Positions 1-10,218 of a stretch of 64,000 nucleotides of DNA are shown here, one piece after another (the stretch's first letter is position 1; each line of letters starts with the position of its first letter). The stretch is from assembly GCA_963827235.1 (NCBI GenBank), contig CAWHAE010000010.1:64001-128000 (forward strand), written 5' to 3'. The notes under the pieces were generated by a model. That model was not told the DNA's origin, ran no database searches, and worked only from the letters and a program-made list of their open reading frames with translations. This stretch comes from an uncultured bacterium. Lineage in GTDB: Bacteria > Chloroflexota > UBA5177 > JANWHV01. A program made the position numbers and the translations under genes.

Positions 1-20
1 CTCGTTTTGTTGGGTCAGCC

Positions 21-2462
21 ATGACCAACCAGCGCCGCATGGCGGTCGCGCCGCCCGTCCTTGCGCTGTTGCTCGTGCTGGCCGCCTCGTTGCCCGGGGA
101 CGCTCGCGCCGGGGCGGTCGGGCGCGGCGTGCAGGTGCGCCAGATCGGTCGCGAGCTGCTGATCGCCAGTCCGGCGCTACACATCAGCGTCGTCATTGGC
201 GGTACACCCCTGCAGATCGGCGTGATTGGCGCCGGGAATCGGCCGCTGATTCACGGGGCGGTCGGCGTTGCCACACTGACCTTCGGCCTGGATCGGCAGA
301 CGCTCGCGCGTCTTCTGCCGCGCCGGCGGTTCGCCGGATCCTCAAGCACCCCAATAGTAGTCCACGTGCTCCGGTTACAGGGCTGGCACGCAGATCCCGT
401 GGGCGCGTCGCTGCTCGCGGCGACGGATGACCCGCTCGGTAGGATGGCACAGCTCACCGTGCAGCTGCGAGCTGCAGGCATGGCGCGGCTGGAAGCGCGG
501 CTGGCAGATAGTCGCGCCGTCCTCTCCGCCACTCTGACCGTACCCTCCGGCGGCGACGAGCATTTCTTCGGCCTGGGCGAGCAGTTCGGTGGCGTCGACC
601 AACGGGGCAAGCAGGTGGGAGTGCTGGTTCAGGACGGTATGACCACCATCCGCCCATTGGGCGGCTACGCGCCGGCGCCCTTCTTCGTCAGCACGCGTGG
701 CTATGGCTTCTTGCTGGCGAGCTTTCGGCCGAGCCGATTCGCGCTCGATGCGGCGCCAGAGACGAACATCTGGCACGTCACGTCTCAGTCCGCGTCATTG
801 GCCTGGTACGTGCTCGATGGGCCTCTGCCGTCCGACGTCCTGGCACGCTACGCCGATCTGACCGGCCATCCGCCGATGCCCCTGCCCTGGACACTGGGCG
901 TCTGGAAGACGGCCATCGGTGGCCAGGCACGCGTCCTGGCCGAAGCGCAACGCCTGCGCCAGATGCATATCCCGGTCAGCGTGATCTGGACCTACGACGC
1001 CGTGGACGAGGCGGTCGATCTGGGCTGGCCGTACCCCAACTTCGCGCGCATCCCGCCCGGTCCGTATCCCACCCTGCCGGGCTTCATGGCCGCCCTGCAT
1101 CGCGAAGGCTTCAAGGTACTGGGCTACCTGGCGCCGGAGTTCACACGCAGCCGGCCCGGCTTCACGTACCCGGCGCAACACGGTTATTTCGTCCACGCCT
1201 CGGGCGGCCACATCTACCTGCTCGATTTGACCAATCCCGCCGCACGTGCCTGGTGGGAGGGGAATGAGCGGCAGATACTCAGCACCCTGGGCTTTGACGG
1301 CTGGCTGCTCGACCTGGGGGATAGACTGCCGCCCGACGCCCGCTTCTTCAATGGTCAGGGCGCCGCGGACATGGCCAATCGCTATCCCTTGCTCCTGGCG
1401 CAGTCCGCCCAGGACGCGGTGCGGTCGGTCAAGCCCGATGCCCTCTTCGTGATGCGCTCCGGCTTTTCGGGTGTGCAGTCCCTGCAGCCCGCGGTCTGGC
1501 CCGGCGATCAGCGCGCCAACTGGTCTACCAGCCAAGGCCTGCCGACGGCCATTTCGGCCGGGCTCAGCTGGGGCATCTCCGGTGCGCCGTTCTGGGGCTC
1601 GGACATCGGCGGCTATTTGGACGGCGGCTTGCCGCAGAGTCAACGGGAAGAACTCTGGATGCGCTGGCTGGAGTTCGGCGCTTTCAGCCCTATCATGCGT
1701 GACCAGCTCGGCAACATGGGCTACGGCGCCATCTACCTGTGGAGCAACGCTCGCACGGAAGCAGCCTTCCGCTTCTACGCCCAGCTACACCAATCCTTCT
1801 TCCCCTACCTGTACAGTGCAGCGCGCACCGCTCACCTGACCGGTCTGCCGATCATGCGCCACCTGTTCCTGGCCTATCCGCACGACCCGCGCGTCTATGG
1901 CCTGAACGACGAGTATCTGCTGGGGCCGGACCTGCTGGTGGCGCCAGTCATCACACCGGCTTCCACCAGCCGCCGGGTCTACCTGCCTGCCGGCACGTGG
2001 GTGGACTACTGGACCGGCGCGGTCGCGACCGGCGGCCGCACGCTCAGCGTCGCAGCTCCGATCGACCGGATCCCGCTGTTCGTGCGCGGCGGTGCGCTGC
2101 TGCCGACGCTCGCGGATCCGGGCGATACTCTGGTCCCGGCCGGTGACGCGATGGTGCGGGAAGCCGGTGCCGGCCTGCGCGTCCGGCTCTACGCGGGTGG
2201 ATCGGGAGAGACTGTCACCCTGGCAGACGGCAGCCGCTTGAGCGGGACTCGTACCGCGAGCGGCTACATGTTGCGTGTCACGGGCCCGACCCGCTCGTAC
2301 ATCGTCGAGTTGCCGCTTGTCACAGCGCCACTCTGTGTGCAGGTCGACGGCCATGATCTGGCGCCCGCATCCGGCTGGCGCTTCGAACCGCAGACAGGCT
2401 TGCTGCAGGTGACCATGCGCATGGGCAACGGCACACTCGGCGTCACGGGCGAGGTGCGCTAG
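21..2462 (+). CDS. Secreted glycoside hydrolase family 31 (alpha-glucosidase/xylosidase-like)
   Basis: N-terminal signal peptide; GH31 motifs FFGLGE, LTGHPPMP, DLTNPAARAWW, GWLLDLGD (nucleophile region), WPGDQ, WGSDIGGY, YLLGPDLLVAPV. Confidence 0.9.
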   Translation: MTNQRRMAVAPPVLALLLVLAASLPGDARAGAVGRGVQVRQIGRELLIASPALHISVVIGGTPLQIGVIGAGNRPLIHGAVGVATLTFGLDRQTLARLLPRRRFAGSSSTPIVVHVLRLQGWHADPVGASLLAATDDPLGRMAQLTVQLRAAGMARLEARLADSRAVLSATLTVPSGGDEHFFGLGEQFGGVDQRGKQVGVLVQDGMTTIRPLGGYAPAPFFVSTRGYGFLLASFRPSRFALDAAPETNIWHVTSQSASLAWYVLDGPLPSDVLARYADLTGHPPMPLPWTLGVWKTAIGGQARVLAEAQRLRQMHIPVSVIWTYDAVDEAVDLGWPYPNFARIPPGPYPTLPGFMAALHREGFKVLGYLAPEFTRSRPGFTYPAQHGYFVHASGGHIYLLDLTNPAARAWWEGNERQILSTLGFDGWLLDLGDRLPPDARFFNGQGAADMANRYPLLLAQSAQDAVRSVKPDALFVMRSGFSGVQSLQPAVWPGDQRANWSTSQGLPTAISAGLSWGISGAPFWGSDIGGYLDGGLPQSQREELWMRWLEFGAFSPIMRDQLGNMGYGAIYLWSNARTEAAFRFYAQLHQSFFPYLYSAARTAHLTGLPIMRHLFLAYPHDPRVYGLNDEYLLGPDLLVAPVITPASTSRRVYLPAGTWVDYWTGAVATGGRTLSVAAPIDRIPLFVRGGALLPTLADPGDTLVPAGDAMVREAGAGLRVRLYAGGSGETVTLADGSRLSGTRTASGYMLRVTGPTRSYIVELPLVTAPLCVQVDGHDLAPASGWRFEPQTGLLQVTMRMGNGTLGVTGEVR

Positions 2463-4184
2463 GTGTTGCTCGAGCACCGGCGCCGTAAGCCGGAGAAAGC
2501 CGCGGTGCCCGATTCGGAAGACGTCGCGGCCGATCCGGGCGTCGCCGGGCTATCCACCGCCCCTACGGCCGACTGCGACCTTGGCTGGGTTGCGCCGCGT
2601 CGCGCTCGATATCCCTTTGCCGTGGCGCTGGGGCCAATCCTGTGCCTCTCTGCATTCCTGCAGTTCTACCGGTTGGACAGCCTGCAGAGCTTTCACGGCG
2701 ACGAGGGCAGCTTGGTCCTGGCCGCACGGGCCCTGGTTGTGCAGCACCAGTTCCCCGTCTACGGCCTGGCACTGGCGGTCGGGAGCGCACACCTGGGTCC
2801 GCTTTTCGACTACCTGATCGCCGTACCACTCTGGCTATCCGGCTTCAATCCCACGGCCGCGGTGGCGCTGAACGGGGTCTGCCAGGTGGTCGCAGTGGGA
2901 CTGTGCTATGCACTGCTGGCCCGCTACGGCGAGGGGTACGTGGCCGGGCTGGTAGGAGCGCTGGTGCTGGCCACGGCGCAGGAGGTCGTCTACTACTCTC
3001 GCTTCCTTTGGCCGAATATGCTGCCCTGCATGGTGTTGTTGATGTTCTGGAGCTTGCTGGCTTTGCGCGAGGGGCGCCAGTTTCACCTGGCGCTGCTGGG
3101 AATCTGGCTTGGCATCGCGCTGCAGCTGCAGCCTACCGCCATCCTGCTTCTTCCTTTCCTGGCGCTCTATCTTGGCGTGTTCGGACCACCGATCCGTAGC
3201 CGACGATACGCCCTGCTCGGTCTGCTGGCCTTCCTGCGTCCTCTTCGCACCCTCGATCATCCACGACGTCACGCACGGGTTGGTGGAGACGCGGGCCTGG
3301 CTGGCCTATAGTCGCCACAGCAACGGCGGCACGCACGCCCTCGGACCGACCGTTGCCCGCGTGCTCCTGTTGCTGCAGCGCCTGGTGGGTGTTCAGCAGG
3401 CTACGGTGGCGGCCCTGCTCGGCGTGATTCTGCTGAGCGGCGTGTGCGCCCAGGCGATCCTGCCATCCAACGGCTCGCCAGCACCCGGGACGGGTGCTGC
3501 TGCCCTGACGGCGGCAGCCTGCTGGCACGGCTGCTGCTGCTGTACGGTGGAGTCTTCCTTGCAGGCTACCTCCTCTTCGGCTCCCAATTGCGCCCGCACT
3601 ATGCGATGCCGCTCTTCCCGGTGCCGGCGCTCGCGCTGGGACTGCTCGCCGGACGCCGACCGGCTCCCAGCGTCCCGGCGAGGCAGCGAGCGAATCTGCA
3701 GCGCGTGGTGCGCGGAGCAGCGGTGATGATCGCGCTGATGCTGGCCGGCAGCAACGTCCTACACACCTGGCAGGCGAGCTTCCTTCCTGATCGCTACCAG
3801 ATCACGCTGCAGCCGGATCGCTCGAACCTGATCACCCTGGTGCAAATGCGGCAAGTGAGCTCTTACATCGTCCGGCAGGCGGGCAATCAACGCTTCAACC
3901 TGCTCTTTACCGCCCCAGACGACTCAGTCGACGCTTATGCGGCACTACTGCTGGCCGCGGGCGGGCATCTCAGCGGTCATCCGGCACCGCTCCGCTTCGT
4001 CGTTGTGCAGCCGCCAGGCTGGCCCACAGCACAGTGGCCCAGTTGGGTGCGACGGCTGACGGCCTGCGCGGGCCAACCACCGGTGCGATTCCCCGCGGCC
4101 CTCGTGTGGACTGAGCGCGGTCCTGCGAACTGTCCCGCCCACCAGCCGGCATTGGCCGGCAATCTTCGCCGTGTGCATAGCTAA
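2463..4184 (+). pseudogene. ArnT/PMT-like (GT-C) membrane glycosyltransferase split by two frameshifts (~3237 and ~3490); may be sequencing errors
   Basis: Overlapping ORFs 2463-3311, 3109-3726 and 3444-4184 join into one hydrophobic protein with the luminal FHGDEG motif, HLGPLFDYL and YSRFLWPN. Confidence 0.7.
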
Positions 4185-4209
4185 AACGAGATACGAAAGG
4201 CATATCGTC

Positions 4210-4924
4210 ATGCAGGCACGACTCCACGTGGTGGCAGTGATCCCGGCGCGCAACGAGGAGCAGGCCATCGCGAAGGTGATCGCGGCACTGCCGTGCAGCA
4301 CTGTGCAGAAGGTGATAGTGGTCGACAACGGAAGCGCCGACGGCACGGCTGCCGTGGCGCGGGCTGCAGGCGCGCTGGTGGTAGAGGAGCCACGTCCAGG
4401 CTATGGCCGGGCCTGTGCAGCCGGTGTCGCCGCCGCGAGCGGTGCTGACGTGCTGCTGTTCCTGGATGGCGACTATAGCGACTTCCCCGAGGAGGCGCCG
4501 CGAGTCCTGGAGCCGATTCTGTGCGGAGCGGCCGACCTGGTGATCGGGTCGCGGCTGCGTGGGCGGCGCGAGCCCGGTGCCCTGGCGCCGCATCAGCTGT
4601 TCGGCAACTGGCTCGTTTCCCGTCTGATGCGCCTGCTCTACGGCTTGCGGATCACGGACTTGGGACCGTTCCGCGCCATCCGAGCCGAATTGCTCGGCGA
4701 CCTGGGGATGCGGGAGATGACCTATGGCTGGCCAACCGAGATGATGGTGAAGGCGGCGCGACGCGGCGCGCGGGTGGTCGAGGTACCGGTCAGCTACCGC
4801 CGGCGCATTGGGCAGTCCAAGATTCTCAGGCACCGTCCGCGGCAGCGTGCTTGCCACCTACTACATCCTGGGCGTCACCGTGCGCTATGCCTTCGGCCGC
4901 CGGCCGGCGAAGGGACGACGCTGA
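4210..4924 (+). CDS. GT2 glycosyltransferase (DPM1-like) with a +1 frameshift near 4824
   Basis: VIPARNEE, VVDNGSADGT, GYGRAC, FLDGD (DxD); the C-terminus SGTVRGSVLATYYILGVTVRY continues in another frame to TGA at 4922-4924. Confidence 0.85.
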
Positions 4925-5165
4925 TCGTTGCCGCGTCCGCTTGCTCAGGACAACGGCCGGAGCGGCGGACGGGAGTGTGTAGGGGGCCCCATACTGCTCC
5001 TAGGTCATGGATCCAGAACCGGGCAGCCGGCCGTAGCTTCTATCAACGATCGCGCTGCGCCGTCTCCATCGCACGATAAGCGCCCCAATCTCCCTATCAT
5101 GGAGAGGGCAAGAATGATTGAGCAGGTACAGGGGTAAGAACCGTCAACACGAGAGAGGAAAGCAC

Positions 5166-6329
5166 ATGAAACGGCGTTTGCTCGCCCTGATAGGGGTGTG
5201 TCTGCTGCTGAGTCTGGCATCGTGGCCCGGTCTGGCCACTCCGACGAGGCAGGCCCGTGCCGCCGAACCCGTCTGGGTGCGCTGGGACCCGGCGAGCAAG
5301 ACGGCGAACGTGACCATCGCCGCCGCGTACAACGAGGTCGGCTCCGGCTTCAACTTCGACGGGTACAACCAGGGGCATCTCACGATCGTCGTGCCGGTGG
5401 GCGCGAAGGTGATCGTCGGCTTTACCAACAGGTCTGCCGTGCCGCACAGCGTGGTGATCACGGCGTATGCCCTGCGAAACAGCGTTGGTCCGTTTCCTCC
5501 AGCCTTCCTCGGCGCATCCATCCCCAATCCGAGCGCGGGCGTAGCCAACCTCAAGGTGCCCGAGGTCTTCTCCTTCACGGCCGGCAAGGTAGGCACGTAC
5601 GCCATGGTTTGCGGCGTGCCGGGGCACGCCGTGGGCGGCATGTGGGACGTGTTCCAGGTCGCCAACGTGGCCACTGCCTCCGCGCAGACGACGGGAACCG
5701 GCTCGACGGGCGCGCCCGTGATGACCATGCCGATCCCCGGTGACGGCACCATGGGCGCCGTCGAGGGGACAGTGACCGATGCCACCAGCGGCAAGCCGAT
5801 CGCCCATGCCTTCATGGTCTTGGGATGGACTACACTGAAGCGAGTGGGCGAGACCGATGCCACCGGCCACTACCGTATCGACCACGTACCGCCGGTGGCG
5901 CTGACCGACGCCTACGGTTTTGCCGAGGGCTACGTGTATTACCACGGCCATCCCATCCCGATCAAGGCCGGCCAGGTGACCGAATACTCCTTCAAGATGC
6001 CCCGTGAGACCTTCCCAAAGGATCTCCTGCCCACGGTCGCCGGCGCAACGATCTCCACGACCACCGCCAAGGCCGGGGATACCATCACCTTTTCGGCGCA
6101 CATCCGGCCCGGAAAGGGCGGGCCGATGTCGGCAGAGGACTTCGCGGTGGACGGCCCGCTCGGCATTTCCGTGCTGCTCGCGCATGTAGGCAGCGATGTC
6201 TACCGAGGCACCTGGCAGGTACCGGCCGGTGTGAAGCCAGGCAGTTATGACTTCGCCGTCTTTGGCGCCATGGAGAATTGCCTGGAGAACCAACCCTACC
6301 AGCACGTGACCCTGACGATTACGGGCTGA
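5166..6329 (+). CDS. Secreted sulfocyanin-like blue copper protein fused to carboxypeptidase-regulatory-like and Ig-like domains
   Basis: Signal peptide; FNFDGYNQG, PHS and CGVPGHAVGGM type-1 copper ligands; GAVEGTVTDATSGKPI...TDATGHY repeat-domain signature; GAGAGGA upstream. Confidence 0.8.
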   Translation: MKRRLLALIGVCLLLSLASWPGLATPTRQARAAEPVWVRWDPASKTANVTIAAAYNEVGSGFNFDGYNQGHLTIVVPVGAKVIVGFTNRSAVPHSVVITAYALRNSVGPFPPAFLGASIPNPSAGVANLKVPEVFSFTAGKVGTYAMVCGVPGHAVGGMWDVFQVANVATASAQTTGTGSTGAPVMTMPIPGDGTMGAVEGTVTDATSGKPIAHAFMVLGWTTLKRVGETDATGHYRIDHVPPVALTDAYGFAEGYVYYHGHPIPIKAGQVTEYSFKMPRETFPKDLLPTVAGATISTTTAKAGDTITFSAHIRPGKGGPMSAEDFAVDGPLGISVLLAHVGSDVYRGTWQVPAGVKPGSYDFAVFGAMENCLENQPYQHVTLTITG

Positions 6330-6600
6330 CGCACCGGCAGAACCTGTTGACGCTGAACACCGGTGAGCATGCATGAGGCTTGGAGGCGGTCAGCTGCACT
6401 CTGCTGCCGAGGGGGCCGTGCGGGTCAGGCCGAGGCCGGCGCTGTGATGCTATGGGTCCGGTCACAGCCTTCCCTGGGTTTGCCGCTGGCACCAACGCGA
6501 CCTGCGTGGACGCCGCACTACTTTGCCTCGGGGCTGATCAGCCTCGCCCGATTCCTGGCCCGACGCTCGGCCGCTCGCGTGTTGTATGCAAGGCCGGGCG

Positions 6601-7509
6601 TCAGAGTGATGCGAGTTCCAGCTGGGGGACGTCATTGGCAACGTCTTCAGTGGTCGCCTGTGCAGGGCCACAGCGGTACACCGATGCTCGGTCTTTGCCG
6701 CTGATCGTGTGCCACAGGCGGGCAAGTTGCTCCGCGGCGCTCCGCAAGGGGAATATAGTGTCCGTGAGGCGCAAATCCTCGCCCATGATCGGGTGCCAGT
6801 AGACCCCGTTCACGTCGACCGTCATCTCGGGCACGATATCCTCGCCCGTGAGCACAGCCCCTTCGCTGGACTGGCCGCGCGCCACCAGGTCGCGCACCAG
6901 CCAATACTCGGATGTGATGCCCAGCGTTTCCAGGAAAGAGGACAACTCCGCCAGGTCGCGTTCAGACTGCGCCGAGGTAGTCGCTGCGACGCGTACGCGG
7001 AAACCACGTTCGCGCAGCAGCCGGATGCCGGCAACCGTCTTGGCCCAGGTCCCCGCTCCGCGGTTGCGATCGTGGATCTCCGGGCTGCCGCTATCCAGGC
7101 TGGTCTGCAGGGTCAAGCCACTACTTTCCGGCAGCCGCAACAGCGACTCGAGGCGTGCCAGGCGCGCACCCTTCCACAGCATGCCGTTCGTCATCAGCGT
7201 CACGGGCATTCGGAGGAGCGCGCAGCGGACCATATCCGTGATTTCCGGCAGCAGGGCCGGCTCGCCGCCCGTGAGGAACACTTCCTCGAAGCCGATATCC
7301 GCTGCCTCATCGATCAGGCGCTCGAAGTCGCCGCGCGGCAGGCCCCGGCGCTCCGCCTGTGGGCTGGATGAGACCAGGCAGTAGGAGCAAGAGAGATTGC
7401 AGTTGTAGTTGGTGTAGACCCACAGGCGAGAGAAGATTCGGCGGCCGTCTGGCCCTTCATGGATCCGGCCACAGACGGGACAACGATCGATCGACGACTG
7501 CACGCTCAT
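6601..7509 (-). CDS. Radical SAM protein (resembles the Rv1681-like family)
   Basis: LWVYTNYNCNLSCSYC (CxxxCxxC), LTGGEP, TNG, SLDS; AGGAGG RBS before ATG 7509; extra N-terminal CPVCGRIH and C-terminal YRCG. Confidence 0.85.
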   Translation of the reverse strand: MSVQSSIDRCPVCGRIHEGPDGRRIFSRLWVYTNYNCNLSCSYCLVSSSPQAERRGLPRGDFERLIDEAADIGFEEVFLTGGEPALLPEITDMVRCALLRMPVTLMTNGMLWKGARLARLESLLRLPESSGLTLQTSLDSGSPEIHDRNRGAGTWAKTVAGIRLLRERGFRVRVAATTSAQSERDLAELSSFLETLGITSEYWLVRDLVARGQSSEGAVLTGEDIVPEMTVDVNGVYWHPIMGEDLRLTDTIFPLRSAAEQLARLWHTISGKDRASVYRCGPAQATTEDVANDVPQLELASL

Positions 7510-7702
7510 CTCCTCCTGGCCGGGGCTAACTCGTGCGACACGGCACATGGTACCATAGCGCCGACCGCAAAACCGCCGCGGGCAAACGAATGCAGCGGAC
7601 ATCGTTGGTGGTGCGGCAATCCGGCCGGCCTCGCGTTCCGAAGTCCCGTGCGCGGGAGCTGACGGGCCAGCCGGCCCAGAGTGAGAGGAGGCTTCGGACA
7701 GT

Positions 7703-7969
7703 ATGCATCCACACGAACTCGGCGCCACCGGTACAACTCGATCGCGCCTCGGCGCCGACGCCTTTTACGACGCCGGCAACAAGGGCTGCGGCGACGGGCC
7801 GCTGGACGATATTGCCATGCTGATCCGTAAGATGACGCCGGGCCAGACCGTGGAGATCCGCGCCACCGAGCCGAGCGTGGCCGTCGACCTGCCGGCCTGG
7901 TGCCGTCTGACCGGCCATACCTTGATACAACACGAGGACGACCGCTATTTGGTGCGTCGTAAGGGCTAA
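7703..7969 (+). CDS. TusA/SirA-like sulfur carrier
   Basis: DAGNKGCGDG (variant of the CPxP motif), DLPAWCRLTGH, YLVRRKG; AGGAGG RBS. Confidence 0.85.
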   Translation: MHPHELGATGTTRSRLGADAFYDAGNKGCGDGPLDDIAMLIRKMTPGQTVEIRATEPSVAVDLPAWCRLTGHTLIQHEDDRYLVRRKG

Positions 7970-7991
7970 TCTCAAGCGAGGGAGTGCGATC

Positions 7992-8351
7992 ATGGGCAAG
8001 GTGCTGATCAACAACACCAACGGCAAGGATAACCTGGAAAGAGCCACGCTCAGCTTCGTCATCGCGAACGCCGCGCTCAGCTCCGACCAGGAAGCGATCG
8101 TGCTGCTGAGCATCGATGGTCCCTGGGTAGCGACGAAGGGCTATGCCGAGGGACTGCAGGCAGAGGGATACCCGCCGCTCAAGGAACTGATTGAAAAGTT
8201 CGTCGCCAACGGCGGCAAGCTGTGGGTCTGCGGCGCCTGCATCAAGCCGCGCAATATCGCGGCCGAGCAGCTGATCGAGGGAGCGCAAATCGTTGGTGCC
8301 GCCAAAGCCGTGGAGGAAATGGTCACCGGCGCGCAGACGCTGTCCTTCTGA
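7992..8351 (+). CDS. DsrE/DsrF-like protein
   Basis: 119 aa; NGGKLWVCGAC and C-terminal TLSF typical of the DsrE family. Confidence 0.85.
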   Translation: MGKVLINNTNGKDNLERATLSFVIANAALSSDQEAIVLLSIDGPWVATKGYAEGLQAEGYPPLKELIEKFVANGGKLWVCGACIKPRNIAAEQLIEGAQIVGAAKAVEEMVTGAQTLSF

Positions 8352-8376
8352 GGCGCACGGCGAGCACATAGTGGCG

Positions 8377-8919
8377 ATGCACGAGCAGCCCTGGGTGACG
8401 CTGAGCACGCGCGAGATCTACCAGAATCCCTGGACCCGGGTGCGCGAAGATGTGGTGCAGTTGCCCGATGGCCGCACCACCCTCTACGGAGTGGTGACCT
8501 TCGGCGAGTGCGTGGGCATGTTGCCGCTGGCGGATGACGGGCGGGTGTTGCTGGTGCAGCAATACCGCTACGTGCAGGGGGCCGTGACCTGGGAGATGCC
8601 GACCGGCGGCGTCAAGGCAGGTGAGGGGATCGAGAAGGCCGCGCGCCGCGAGCTGCTCGAGGAGGGCGGGCTCCAGGCCGGCCGGATGACTCATATCTCG
8701 ACCTTCCACACCAGCAAGAGCGTCGTGCGCGAGACCGCTCATCTATTCCTGGCTCAGGAGTTGACTGCCGTCGAGGCGCATGAGCGCGACGAGACTGAGT
8801 TCATCGCCACCGCCTGGAGGCCGTTCGAGGAGGTGCTCCAGATGGTGCTTGCCAACGAGATCGTGGACAGCATGACCGTGATCGCCGTGCTCACGGCCGC
8901 CCGCCGGCTGGGAATCTGA
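8377..8919 (+). CDS. NUDIX hydrolase (ADP-ribose pyrophosphatase-like)
   Basis: Nudix box GGVKAGEGIEKAARRELLEEGG; QYRY motif. Confidence 0.9.
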   Translation: MHEQPWVTLSTREIYQNPWTRVREDVVQLPDGRTTLYGVVTFGECVGMLPLADDGRVLLVQQYRYVQGAVTWEMPTGGVKAGEGIEKAARRELLEEGGLQAGRMTHISTFHTSKSVVRETAHLFLAQELTAVEAHERDETEFIATAWRPFEEVLQMVLANEIVDSMTVIAVLTAARRLGI

Positions 8920-8921
8920 CG

Positions 8922-9650
8922 ATGTGTGAAGAGGCGCGTCGGCTGCTGGTCATCGTCTGCCGGAATCCGCAGGCAGGCCGGGTCAAGACACGGCTGATCC
9001 CAGCTCTGGGGGAGGAAGGTGCGCGCGCGCTCTACCGGGCGTTTCTCCAGGATATCGGCACGCGGTTTGCAGGGCATGCGTACGAGCTGGTCTGGGCGTA
9101 TACGCCCGAGGGCGGCGCTCCGCCGGCCGCACTCACGCCCGGATCGGTGCTCGTGCAGGAAGGGCCGGACCTGGGCCACCGTCTGCTCCACATCTTCAGC
9201 TGGGCGATCGATGCCGGCTTCGCTCCAGTGGTGGTGATCAGCTCGGATGTGCCGCACCTGCCGTCTGAGGTGGTAGAGAGCGCGTTCGCGGCGCTTGCCG
9301 CGAGCGATGTCGTGCTCGCGCCGTCGGATGATGGAGGGTACCACTTGGTCGGCATGTCCGCCGCGCACGATATCTTCACGATGGTGCCGATGAGCACCTC
9401 GTCCGTGCTTGCCCAAACACTCCGAGTGATCGCGCAGCGCGGGCTGTCGCTGCAGCTGCTCGCCGGCGATTTCGACGTCGATCTCCCCGAAGATTTGCCT
9501 CGGCTGGCCGCGCGCCTTGAGCGGGATGTGACATTGTGCGACGGCTATTCCGCGCGGCTCCTCCGCGACGCTCTGACGCTCCGCGCCGCTCAGGCCGTCA
9601 CGGGCACAGCCGGAGAACTCCCCGGGAGGAGTGTGTTGGGGGCAGGGTAG
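8922..9650 (+). CDS. DUF2064 / TIGR04282-type GT-A fold (CofC-like) protein
   Basis: PQAGRVKTRL, QEGPDLGHRL, SDVP, LAPSDDGGYHLVG, DVDLPEDL. Confidence 0.85.
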   Translation: MCEEARRLLVIVCRNPQAGRVKTRLIPALGEEGARALYRAFLQDIGTRFAGHAYELVWAYTPEGGAPPAALTPGSVLVQEGPDLGHRLLHIFSWAIDAGFAPVVVISSDVPHLPSEVVESAFAALAASDVVLAPSDDGGYHLVGMSAAHDIFTMVPMSTSSVLAQTLRVIAQRGLSLQLLAGDFDVDLPEDLPRLAARLERDVTLCDGYSARLLRDALTLRAAQAVTGTAGELPGRSVLGAG

Positions 9651-9957
9651 CCTATGGCCAGTTGCGCGTGCAGACCGCCCACGATACCGCAGCTGGAACG
9701 CGAGGTATCGCGGCTGTCGGCTGCTCGCCATGCGCCCTTTGATGTGCGGCCGCGGCATCGGCCGTGCGCTCGCTAGAACGCTTCCAGTTGGTCCGCGTCC
9801 GGCACGAGGCACGGCGCCGGAGAACGCGACCGCGCCTACACGCTGCCTGGCATCTTCCATCCGCGATCGTCGCCGCACGCCAGCACACTGGCGTTCGCTG
9901 CGTGCCAAGAATCGCTGAGCTTGCCTGCAGTGCTCCGTAGCAGACGCCCTGTGGCAT

Positions 9958-10074
9958 GGCGTATGCCACAGCTTCTTCCAGGCTCATTGCTGCGCCCAGC
10001 GCCCATGCGGCCGAGAACGCGTCCTCTCCCAGGGCTGCTCGCGTCTCGACCAGAGCGCGAACGCAGAGCTGCAC
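9958..10074 (-). pseudogene. C-terminal remnant of a STAND/TPR (LuxR-type ATPase) regulator
   Basis: TRAALGEDAFSAAWALGAAMSLEEAVAYA is the stereotyped C-terminal helix of these proteins (compare the end of 32718-36629). Confidence 0.65.
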
Positions 10075-10131
10075 CGATTGCCGTGCGAGGTTTTCGCCTG
10101 ATTCTACTTGGAATAGTGGTCAATGCAAGCC

Positions 10132-10218
10132 ATCGGCGCCGTGATCGAGCCGGGCACAGCATCCGCCGAGTCTGAAGTCGGCTGATGCGACCGAGCCCGA
10201 CCGCATAGACATACAGTG
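10132..10218. repeat. 87-bp direct repeat, copy 1 (copy 2 at 13539-13625)
   Basis: atcggcgccgtgatcg...catagacatacagtg; two mismatches between copies. Confidence 0.95.

Noticed and set aside
6330-8351. Selenocysteine read-through in the radical SAM, TusA or DsrE genes
   Set aside because: All three ORFs end at family-typical positions with Cys at the active sites; I saw no in-frame TGA needing recoding
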